Shown here one piece after another: positions 46,209-54,187 of a DNA stretch of 64,000 bases. Position numbers and translations under genes: made by a program. The notes below the pieces were generated by a model. The model was not told the DNA's origin. It saw nothing but the letters and a program-made list of their open reading frames with translations, and searched no databases. How positions within the stretch are numbered: position 1 is the first letter of the stretch; each line of letters starts with the position of its first letter. This stretch comes from an uncultured Gemmatimonadales bacterium (GTDB taxonomy: Bacteria > Gemmatimonadota > Gemmatimonadetes > Gemmatimonadales > Gemmatimonadaceae): contig CAWKMU010000003.1 of the NCBI GenBank assembly GCA_963850905.1, positions 1,715,156 through 1,779,155 on the forward strand, read 5' to 3'.

Positions 46209-47261
46209 ATGGCGCTTCTCGGCCGTAAGAAGACGACGATCGGACTCGACATTGGCTCGGGTCTCGTCAAAGTAGCCGTGATTGACCACGGCCGGTCCGA
46301 ACCTGAATTGACCAAGGTCGCGATCGCGCCACTGCTCGCCGACGCGATCGTCGAGGGGGAAATCATGGACCCCGCGATCGTCGCGGACGCGGTCCGGAAT
46401 GCCTTCGAGCAGGCGGAAATCAAGCTCAAAGGGGTCAAGGGCGTCGTCACCGCCGTCGGTGGCCGTGACGTCATCATCAAGAAAATTCAGATCGAGCGCG
46501 TGAAAGAGCAGCAGGCGCGCGAGCTGATGCGCTGGGAAGCGGAGCAGCACGTGCCCTTCGACATGGAGTCGGTGGAGCTGGACTTCCAGATCCTCGACCC
46601 GGACGCCGAAGGGCTGGAAATGAGCGTGCTGCTCGTCGCTGCCAAGCGCGAGCTCGTCGAAGCCAAGCTGCGGCTCCTCACCGATGCCGGGATACAGACC
46701 AGCGTCGTCGACGTGGATGCCTTCGCGCTGCACAATGCGTTCGAGGTGAATCACCCGAATGCGATGTCGGGCGTCGTCGCGTTGGTGAACATCGGACACG
46801 AGGTCACCAACATCAACATCCTGGATGACGGCGTACCGATTCTCACGCGTGATGTCACGCTGGGCACGCGCCGGCTGCGCGAGGACCTGCAGCGCGATCG
46901 CGGGCTCGGTGCCGAGGAAGCCGATGGGCTGCTGCAAGGTTACGATCGGTCCCCACACCTCGACGCGGTGATCGAGACACGCGGCGAGGAGATCGCGGTG
47001 GGTATCGAGCGCGCGGCTGCCTTCATCGCATCCTCGTCGCGCTCAGCGGCGCAGTTGCGGGCGGTCTACACCTGCGGCGGCGGTGCGCGCATCCCGGGAC
47101 TCACCGAAGCGTTGTCAGCTCGGCTCCGGTTGACGGTTCAGCAAGCCAACCCGTTGGCCAACTTGAAGGTGCGTGACGGCGCCCTCGAGTCGCTCGTCAC
47201 GGACGAGGTCGCTCCGTTGCTCATGCTCCCGATCGGCCTCGCCTTGCGCAAGGTCGCCTAG
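46209..47261 (+). CDS. pilM: Type IV pilus assembly protein PilM
   Basis: The ATG at 46209 gives MALLGRKKTTIGLDIGSGLVKVAVI (actin-like ATPase fold). Confidence 0.9.
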   Translation: MALLGRKKTTIGLDIGSGLVKVAVIDHGRSEPELTKVAIAPLLADAIVEGEIMDPAIVADAVRNAFEQAEIKLKGVKGVVTAVGGRDVIIKKIQIERVKEQQARELMRWEAEQHVPFDMESVELDFQILDPDAEGLEMSVLLVAAKRELVEAKLRLLTDAGIQTSVVDVDAFALHNAFEVNHPNAMSGVVALVNIGHEVTNINILDDGVPILTRDVTLGTRRLREDLQRDRGLGAEEADGLLQGYDRSPHLDAVIETRGEEIAVGIERAAAFIASSSRSAAQLRAVYTCGGGARIPGLTEALSARLRLTVQQANPLANLKVRDGALESLVTDEVAPLLMLPIGLALRKVA

Positions 47262-47292
47262 CTCTCCCGCAAACCGTCGAGGCACGCCTGTC

Positions 47293-48021
47293 ATGATTGA
47301 AATCAACCTGCTGCCCGGTGCGGGAAAGAAATCCCGTGGCGCGGGCGCGGGCGTCAATGTCGGCGCGTCGTTCGCGACGGCCGCCAACCGGGTCAAGGAT
47401 CCGTTCATGCTCCTGGCGGCCGCGAGCATCATCGCGGCCGGCGCCGTCATTCCGATGTTGACGCTGCGGCAACAGGGTGTGTCGCAAGAGCTGGCGAGCC
47501 GCGAGCAGAAGCAGGTACAGGATTCGACCCGCTACGCAGCCGTACTGCGTGAGAAGAAGAAAGCCGAGACGCAGCGCGACTCGGTCATGCGACAGCTCAA
47601 CATCATCAAGACCATCGACAACGATCGATTCGTGTGGCCGCACGTCATGGACGAGATCAGTCGTGCGCTACCGCAATACACCTGGATCGTGTCCGTCAAG
47701 CAGACCAGCGCGCCCACAGCCGCGGGCGCCGAGGACGCGAGCAAGGACGCCAAGGACAAGAAGAAGAAGGCGAGTGAGCAGGAGGAGGCGCCGCAGCCGA
47801 TGAAGTTCACGGTGGTCGGCAACACCGTCGACATTCAGGCACTGACGCGCTTCATGAAGCTGCTCGCCGCATCGCCGTTCATTCAGAACGTGCAACTCGT
47901 GAACTCGCAGCTGGCGCAGGCGGATGGCAAGGAAGTGACCGAGTTCACGCTCGAAGCCCAATACCACCAACCGGATTCGACGGCGATCCGGACCGTTCCG
48001 CTCACGCTGTCGGTGAGGTAG
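47293..48021 (+). CDS. pilN: Type IV pilus assembly protein PilN
   Basis: The ATG at 47293 gives MIEINLLPG, then a single TM and a coiled-coil. Position is between pilM and pilO. Confidence 0.8.
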   Translation: MIEINLLPGAGKKSRGAGAGVNVGASFATAANRVKDPFMLLAAASIIAAGAVIPMLTLRQQGVSQELASREQKQVQDSTRYAAVLREKKKAETQRDSVMRQLNIIKTIDNDRFVWPHVMDEISRALPQYTWIVSVKQTSAPTAAGAEDASKDAKDKKKKASEQEEAPQPMKFTVVGNTVDIQALTRFMKLLAASPFIQNVQLVNSQLAQADGKEVTEFTLEAQYHQPDSTAIRTVPLTLSVR

Positions 48022-48027
48022 CCGACC

Positions 48028-48669
48028 ATGGCGCTCATACCGCATACTCAGCGCGACAAGCTGATGCTCGTCGTGATGCTGATCTCCCTCGTGTTGGTGG
48101 TCGCGTACTGGGAGTTCGTGTACGCGCCCAAGACCAACGAGCTGGCGCAGCTGCGCACGCACGTCGAGTCGCTCCAGAGCTCGAACCAGCGCGCGAAGGC
48201 GGAGCTCGCGAAGGGCAGCGTCAACGACCTGCGACAGCAGGCGCTTCGCTACCAACAGAACCTGCAGCTCATGCGGCAGCTCGTGCCAACCAGCAACGAG
48301 GTGCCCGCCTTGCTCGAGCAGATCTCCACGGCGGCGCGTCGCGTCGACCTCGACATCAACACCGTGACGCCCGAGCCGGTGATCGAAGGCGAGCAGTTCG
48401 ACACGTATCGCTACAAGCTGACGGTGATCGGTGGGTATCACCCGCTGGCGGAGTTCCTGACGAACGTCGGGTCACTCACGCGTATCGTCGCGCCGGTGAA
48501 CTTGGACCTCGAGCCAGCGAGTGGTCAGGAGGCGTCGAACTCGCGCACCAAGCACGGGCAGGCCGTGCTGACGTCGAAGTTCGAGATCCAGACGTATGTG
48601 GCCAAGCAGACCAGCGCGGACGAAGACGTGCCGCATTCGCGTCTGACGAAGCCGGGGGCGAAAACATGA
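48028..48669 (+). CDS. pilO: Type IV pilus assembly protein PilO
   Basis: N-terminal TM (LMLVVMLISLVLVVAYW), coiled-coil, and a C-terminal ferredoxin-like part (YRYKLTVIGGYHPLAEFL). Confidence 0.8.
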   Translation: MALIPHTQRDKLMLVVMLISLVLVVAYWEFVYAPKTNELAQLRTHVESLQSSNQRAKAELAKGSVNDLRQQALRYQQNLQLMRQLVPTSNEVPALLEQISTAARRVDLDINTVTPEPVIEGEQFDTYRYKLTVIGGYHPLAEFLTNVGSLTRIVAPVNLDLEPASGQEASNSRTKHGQAVLTSKFEIQTYVAKQTSADEDVPHSRLTKPGAKT

Positions 48670-49550
48670 CAACCATCCGTGAGAGTATCAGGACGTCTGT
48701 CGCGCGCACGGCGGGCCTCATCGCAGTGATCGGGCTCGCGTTCGCCGTTGGCGCGGTGACGCCTTCACCTGCGGCGGCGCAGTCGCAAATCCTCACCGGG
48801 CCGAAGCAGGCCGCGATGCGGGCAGCGGCTGCCGCCAATGCCCAAACAGCGGCGATGCAGAACACGGACGCCGTCTCCCCGGCCGTCCCGTCTTCCAAGT
48901 CGGCCCCGGCACCGCAGCCGTCGCGGCGGCCCGCGGCACCGATCGTCGCGAGCACACCAGCTCCGGCCACCGCCGCGAAGCCGCTCGGCGCCGCTCGACC
49001 GGTGCCCGGTGTAGCGGGGAAGGGCGCGGTTGCGACGGCAGGTGCCGCACCCGTCGCCAGCACGGCCAAGACGACCACCCCCGCAGGGGCCAGGGCGTCG
49101 GTTCCGGGGCTCGCGAAGGCCACACCCACGGCGCCGGCCGGCGCGAGCGCGACGGCGGCGACTGCCGGTGGGGACAGCGCTGGCTCCATCTCAGTGACCG
49201 AGCGTGGCGTCAAGGGTGAGGTCTCGCTGAATCGCGAGGTCTTCTCCTACGACGCCAGCGGGCGACGCGATCCGTTCATCTCGCTGATGCGCTCGGGCGA
49301 CCTGAGGCCCATGCTCTCCGATCTACGGCTCACGACGGTGCTGTACGACGCGACTGGGCAGAATTCGATCGCGGTGATGCGGGATCAGTCCACGAAGGAC
49401 CAATACCGCGTACGCGTCGGCATGACACTCGGACGGATGCGCGTCGCGCAAATCCAGCCGAAGCAGGTGGTGTTCACGATCGAGGAAGTCGGCTTCAGTC
49501 GCCAGGAGGCGCTGGCGCTGGGTGATACAACTAAAGCGAGGACGCCATGA
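48666..49550 (+). CDS. pilP: PilP-like pilus assembly protein with long Ala/Pro-rich linker
   Basis: 4-nt overlaps on both sides. C-terminal domain RRDPFISLM...YRVRVGMTLGRMRVAQIQPKQVVF. Confidence 0.7.
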   Translation: MTTIRESIRTSVARTAGLIAVIGLAFAVGAVTPSPAAAQSQILTGPKQAAMRAAAAANAQTAAMQNTDAVSPAVPSSKSAPAPQPSRRPAAPIVASTPAPATAAKPLGAARPVPGVAGKGAVATAGAAPVASTAKTTTPAGARASVPGLAKATPTAPAGASATAATAGGDSAGSISVTERGVKGEVSLNREVFSYDASGRRDPFISLMRSGDLRPMLSDLRLTTVLYDATGQNSIAVMRDQSTKDQYRVRVGMTLGRMRVAQIQPKQVVFTIEEVGFSRQEALALGDTTKARTP

Positions 49551-51559
49551 AGCATGTTTGGACGCTCGCCGCGGTCACGGCAGCCGCGCTAGTCGGGCGA
49601 ACCCCCGCAACTGCGTTCGCTTTGCCCGGCGACGCACTGCTGCGCGGCACGCCGACAACGACTGACCGAGGGCCGGCCACGTCCGATGAGACGCCGCCGC
49701 GCGCGGCGGCGTCTGTCACCGGCCTCAGTGTCGTCCCGGGCACCGGACGCGCCGAGGTCGTGATTGCAGTCGATAGCTCGGTGCAAGCGCAGGACTTCGT
49801 TCTCGAAGCCTCGCCGTATCGTATCGTCCTCGATCTGACCGGTGCCAGGTTGGACCTCGCGCCTCGCTTCTACGACCGGGTGACGCGGGGCAGTATCACC
49901 AACGTCCGCTACGCGCAGTACCGGGCCGGGGTGGTGCGGGTCGTCGTGGAGCTGGACGGTCCACACGAGTACACGATGGTGCGTGGGGCGCACGACCTGC
50001 GTCTCGCGATCGATGGCGGCAACGCCAGCTTCGCCGCGTGGGATGCCAGCCATGCGGGTCGGTCCACTGGCGCGCGCGCGGTCGCTGCTGCCGTCGCAGA
50101 GGATGCGATGCCGCAAGCCAGTGCGTCCGTTGCAACGCCGACCAGAACGTCCGACATCGTGGTGACGGCCGCGGGTTCCCTCTCCGATTCGCCGAGCGGG
50201 CGACACCGCACCTTCCTCCAGCGGGGGAATCAGTCGAGCCAGCCGCGCATCACGGTGACCTACCAGGACTCCGACATCCGCGACGTCCTCGCCGCGTTCG
50301 CCGCGTTCTCAGGCCGCACGATCGTCGTCGGCAAGGACGTGCAGGGGACAGTGACCGCCGAGGTCCGCGACCAACCCTGGGACGTCGCGCTGCAATCGAT
50401 TCTCGCGTCGCAGCAGCTCGCGGCGTCCGAGGACCAGTACGGAATCATCACCGTCGACAGCTACAAGAACATCCAGGCCAAGCAAGCCAGCGAGCCGCTC
50501 GTCACCCAGCTCGTCACGCTGAACTACGCGAACGCCTTCGGGCTGGTGAAGACGGTGCAGTCACTGCTCGCCCGCGATTGTGGTCCCGGCCAGGGCGGCG
50601 GCGCGGCCGGCGCCGCGCCTGCTCAGAGCCAGGCGTGCCAGCCGCGCGGCAACGTGGTCGCCGATACGGGGACCAACACGCTGCTGATCACCGAGTCGCA
50701 GTCGCACATGCAGGACGTCGTCAACTACATTCGCGACCTCGACATTCGCACGCCGCAGGTTTCGATCAAGGCCAAGATCATCTTCGTCAACCGCACGGTA
50801 CTCAACTCGCTTGGGCTGGCGTATGACATCGGTGACAATGGCACCTTCTTCAACACCCTGGTGCAGCGGATCGACCCGCAGACGGGCCAGCCATACCCCA
50901 GCAACGTCACGACGGTCAATGTCGGGGGCAACGCACTTGCCGCGGTCTCCAACGCCGCACGGCCGTACCAATTGGGAGCCGCCCTCAGTCTCCTTTATAC
51001 CGCTGCCGTCGGCAAGTTCTCGTTGACCTCGTTCATCGACGCGACGGCGTCCCTCCAGCTGTCGGACGTGCAGGCGGAGCCCAGCGTCGTCACGCTCGAC
51101 AATCGATTGGCGCAGATCCAGGTCGGTGAAGAGACGCCGATCCGCGTGATCGACGCGAGTGCCAGCGGGTCCGCCGGACCACCGGTTGCGACGGTCCAGT
51201 GGAAGGAATCGGGTATCATTCTGTCGGTCACGCCCCATATCACGAGAGACGGCCAGATCTTGATGCAGCTCCACGCGGAACAGTCGCAGCTGCAGCAGGT
51301 CGGTGGAGATCTCGGATACAACTTCTTCAAGCGCGCGGCGGACACGAAGCTGCTGGTCAGCGACGGTGAGACGGCCGTTATCGGCGGTCTGACTGAGACC
51401 ACGGTCACGAAGTCCAAGAACTCCATTCCGCTGCTGGGTGAGCTCCCGCTCGTCGGGTCGCTCTTCTCGCAGACGCAGACAACGGACGAGAAACAGGACC
51501 TGCTGATCCTGATCACGCCCCGCGTGATCGGCACCAACGACGCGGTGCGGATGCGGTAG
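49547..51559 (+). CDS. pilQ: Type IV pilus secretin PilQ
   Basis: AMIN domain (YRIVLDLTGARLDL...VRVVVELD), secretin N domains, and a secretin C-domain (GETAVIGGL...IPLLGELPLVGSLF). Confidence 0.9.
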   Translation: MKHVWTLAAVTAAALVGRTPATAFALPGDALLRGTPTTTDRGPATSDETPPRAAASVTGLSVVPGTGRAEVVIAVDSSVQAQDFVLEASPYRIVLDLTGARLDLAPRFYDRVTRGSITNVRYAQYRAGVVRVVVELDGPHEYTMVRGAHDLRLAIDGGNASFAAWDASHAGRSTGARAVAAAVAEDAMPQASASVATPTRTSDIVVTAAGSLSDSPSGRHRTFLQRGNQSSQPRITVTYQDSDIRDVLAAFAAFSGRTIVVGKDVQGTVTAEVRDQPWDVALQSILASQQLAASEDQYGIITVDSYKNIQAKQASEPLVTQLVTLNYANAFGLVKTVQSLLARDCGPGQGGGAAGAAPAQSQACQPRGNVVADTGTNTLLITESQSHMQDVVNYIRDLDIRTPQVSIKAKIIFVNRTVLNSLGLAYDIGDNGTFFNTLVQRIDPQTGQPYPSNVTTVNVGGNALAAVSNAARPYQLGAALSLLYTAAVGKFSLTSFIDATASLQLSDVQAEPSVVTLDNRLAQIQVGEETPIRVIDASASGSAGPPVATVQWKESGIILSVTPHITRDGQILMQLHAEQSQLQQVGGDLGYNFFKRAADTKLLVSDGETAVIGGLTETTVTKSKNSIPLLGELPLVGSLFSQTQTTDEKQDLLILITPRVIGTNDAVRMR

Positions 51560-51565
51560 GGCAAC

Positions 51566-51722
51566 GGCCGGGGTCCGGGGTCCGGGGCCCGGGAACGACA
51601 ACCGCAGGACGCTCGGGGCCAGTCGCAGGAGACCGCGACTGGCCCTATAGTTTTGTAGCGGGTTCCGTGTTCGCAGCTGCAGTTCCCGGACCCGACCTGT
51701 AACCCGGAACCCGGACCCCGGC
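51566..51722. repeat. Heptad-arm palindromic element, copy R7
   Basis: Left arm GGCCGGGGTCCGGGGTCCGGGGCCCGGGAACGACAAC. Central hairpin GGCCAGTCGC-aggagacc-GCGACTGGCC (51617-51644) followed by CTATAGTTTTGT. Right arm ...CCCGGACCCGACCTGTAACCCGGAACCCGGACCCCGGCC. It fills the pilQ-aroC gap almost completely. Confidence 0.7.
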
Positions 51723-51725
51723 CTT

Positions 51726-52992
51726 TTGCTCTCCTTCACCACCGCAGGCGAATCACACGGCCCCGCGCTCGTCAGCATCCTCGAAGGGATGCCCGCCGGC
51801 GTGCCGCTCCTGGCCGCCGACGTCGACGCCGAACTGGCGCGACGGCAGCAGGGCTACGGCCGCGGCCGGCGCATGCAGATCGAGCACGATACCGTGGAGT
51901 TCCTCGCCGGCGTCCGCGCCGGCGAGACGCTCGGGTCCCCGATCGCGATGTACATTCGAAACCGCGACTGGGCGAACTGGCAACACATCATGGATCCCGC
52001 GCCGCGCTCGGAAGACCAGGTGCTCGCCGAGGACACCTCGCAGGCGGACGGCCCACGCCCGGTGCAGACGGTCGGCGCGGCTCGTGCTCGGCGGGCGCCG
52101 CGCGCGCGCGCGGTGACTCGGCCGAGGCCGGGCCATGCCGATCTCGCAGGAGTACTCAAGTACGATCGCGACGACGCACGTGATATCCTCGAGCGGGCGT
52201 CCGCACGAGAGACGACGGCGCGCGTCGCGGCCGGCGCTGTGTGCCGGCGGCTGCTGCGCGAGTTCGACATCACGGTTGGCAGCCATCTCGGTGCACCTCG
52301 GTGGCATCGACGCGATGCGCCCCGATGTGCTGCCAGCGGACATCAACGCGGCGGCGGACGCATCGCCGCTGCGCACGTTGGACCGTGAAGCCGAGCAGCG
52401 GATGATCGAGCGCATCGATGCGGTGAAGCGCGAGGGCAACACGCTCGGCGGCATCTGCGAAGTAGTGTGTGAAGGACTGCCCGTGGGATTGGGATCACAT
52501 GTCGCGTGGCATCGGAAGCTGGACGGCAGGCTCGGGGCCGCGTTACTCTCGATACCGGCCGTGAAAGGCGTGGAGATGGGGATCGGTTTCGAAGCGGCGC
52601 GCCGGACGGGAGCCGAGGTGCATGACGAAATCGAGCTCGCGCGCGACCGTCCTAAGAGTGGCTTCGTCAGACGGCGCACCAACCGTGCAGGAGGACTCGA
52701 AGGCGGCATGACCACTGGCGAGCCGCTCGTGCTTCGTGTAGCCATGAAGCCGATCAGTACGCTCATGCGGCCCCTGGGCACCATCGATACAGCGACCCGC
52801 GCGTCGGCGACTGCCGTCGCCGAACGCAGTGACGTCACCGCGGTGCCTGCGATGGGCGTGATCGCGGAGGCGATGGTCGCGTTCGTGATGGCGCAGGCGT
52901 TTCTCGAGAAGTTCGGGGGCGACTCCCTGGGTGAGTTACGACGGAACTACGAGGGATACCTGGCCCAGGTGGCCGGGCGCATGGCCGACTAG
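51726..52992 (+). pseudogene. aroC: Chorismate synthase, reading frame broken as sequenced
   Basis: The TTG start gives [16 protein letters not shown]...RPGHADLAG...FDITVGSH. Conserved sequence continues in ORF 52135..52992 (VHLGGIDA...GNTLGGICEVV...RSDVTAVPAMGVIAEAM). The break is near 52287-52291. Confidence 0.85.
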
Positions 52993-53080
52993 GTCAGATG
53001 TACAGCGGCCGGGCAACGTGTCTCTGGGCGGGCAGGGTCCGGCCGACGCAGCGCTTCCGTCAGGCGCCGTGGCGAGTCAG

Positions 53081-53794
53081 GTGACTGACGCGTTGAGGCT
53101 GCGCACGCATATCGTGCTGATTGGCTTGCCCGGGGCCGGCAAGACCACCGTGGGGTCCGCTCTTGCCAGGCTACTCGATTGTCCCTTCATCGATCTCGAT
53201 GAGGACGTGGTTCGGCACGCCGGGAGACCGATCGCGACGATCTTTGCGACGGATGGTGAGGAACACTTTCGAGCCCTCGAGCGCGAGGCGACGCTCAGAG
53301 TTCAGCGCGCGCCCCCGTCCATCGTGGCGGCGGGCGGTGGGTGGGCTACCGTACCGGAGACCGTCGCGCTCTTGCGACCACCGGCCCGTCTCACCTATCT
53401 CAAGGTCGATCCAGCGTCCGCAGCGCGCCGTCTCCATCGCTCGGCGCATCTGCGGCCTCTGTTGCGGGACGGCGCGGAGGCGGCGCTCGAGCGATTATTG
53501 AATGGTCGGCAAAAGGCCTACGAAGGCGCCGATTGGGTGGTAGATACGCAAGTGCTTACTAGGCAAGCTGTTATGGACAGGCTGGTGGCTCTGATCAAGG
53601 ACGAAGTCGTGTCCATGAGGATGGTCCAGGGGTATGGAACGGCCGGAGGATTGCAGGCCTGCGCGGGTTACTCGAACCCCGGGCGCAGGGAACCTGCCGG
53701 GCTTGCTGCCGAGCTCAGCCGTGCCGAACCATCGTTGCAGTCGTCGGATATAAGGTATGGAAGGGAGGAGTTAGATAGAGTGTTGCCGCTATGA
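53081..53794 (+). CDS. aroK: Shikimate kinase with an atypical C-terminal extension
   Basis: P-loop IVLIGLPGAGKTTVG, DLD and GGG motifs. The GTG start at 53081 is tentative. The last roughly 65 codons use rare codons (ATA, AGG, TTA, AGA) and may not be genuinely coding. Confidence 0.7.
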   Translation: MTDALRLRTHIVLIGLPGAGKTTVGSALARLLDCPFIDLDEDVVRHAGRPIATIFATDGEEHFRALEREATLRVQRAPPSIVAAGGGWATVPETVALLRPPARLTYLKVDPASAARRLHRSAHLRPLLRDGAEAALERLLNGRQKAYEGADWVVDTQVLTRQAVMDRLVALIKDEVVSMRMVQGYGTAGGLQACAGYSNPGRREPAGLAAELSRAEPSLQSSDIRYGREELDRVLPL

Positions 53795-54024
53795 CGTTTC
53801 GCGTGTTGGGTCCCCACGAACGGGGCCGCTTTGCTCCTGAGGCGTGGGGACATCTGCTCTCGCTGAGCGGCTCGGGACTTCTCAATGCGGCAGAACTCGA
53901 GCAGTTGATCGACCGGGCAATGGCGCAGGTCGATGGGCGGATTGCGCTGGACGATTTGCGCTCGGTAATGGAAGGGGCGGGCTACGAGGACGGACCAGGG
54001 CCTGAACACCCGACAGTGCACTAG
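53791..54024 (+). CDS. Hypothetical small protein (weak)
   Basis: 77-aa ORF whose ATG overlaps the upstream stop (ATGA at 53791-53794). No recognisable family, and GC3 is lower than in its neighbours. Confidence 0.3.
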   Translation: MTFRVLGPHERGRFAPEAWGHLLSLSGSGLLNAAELEQLIDRAMAQVDGRIALDDLRSVMEGAGYEDGPGPEHPTVH

Positions 54025-54187
54025 TCTGGAGGGATGGGGGTGCGCGCTTGGGTCCGTCAGAGGCTGAGGCGGGTACACCGTTAACGCACGTTGTGCTACT
54101 ATCGTCTGCCCGAGGAGGGCGACGCGGACGCGCGAATGACGGTGTGACCTGAATGTGAAGGGCACGAACGAGTTGTATTCAAAGACT

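Noticed and set aside
48800-49200. The Ala/Pro-rich stretch in PilP (and the Lys/Glu-rich stretch in PilN, 47700-47790) as possible repeat or mobile insertions
   Set aside because: These are low-complexity linker sequences without DNA-level periodic repeats. Such linkers are common in PilP/PilN-type proteins of high-GC organisms.
53660-53700. A tRNA-like T-loop (GGGGTTCGAGTAACCC on the minus strand) in the low-GC region after aroK
   Set aside because: The flanking bases do not form a 5-bp T-stem. No acceptor, D or anticodon arms could be built around it.
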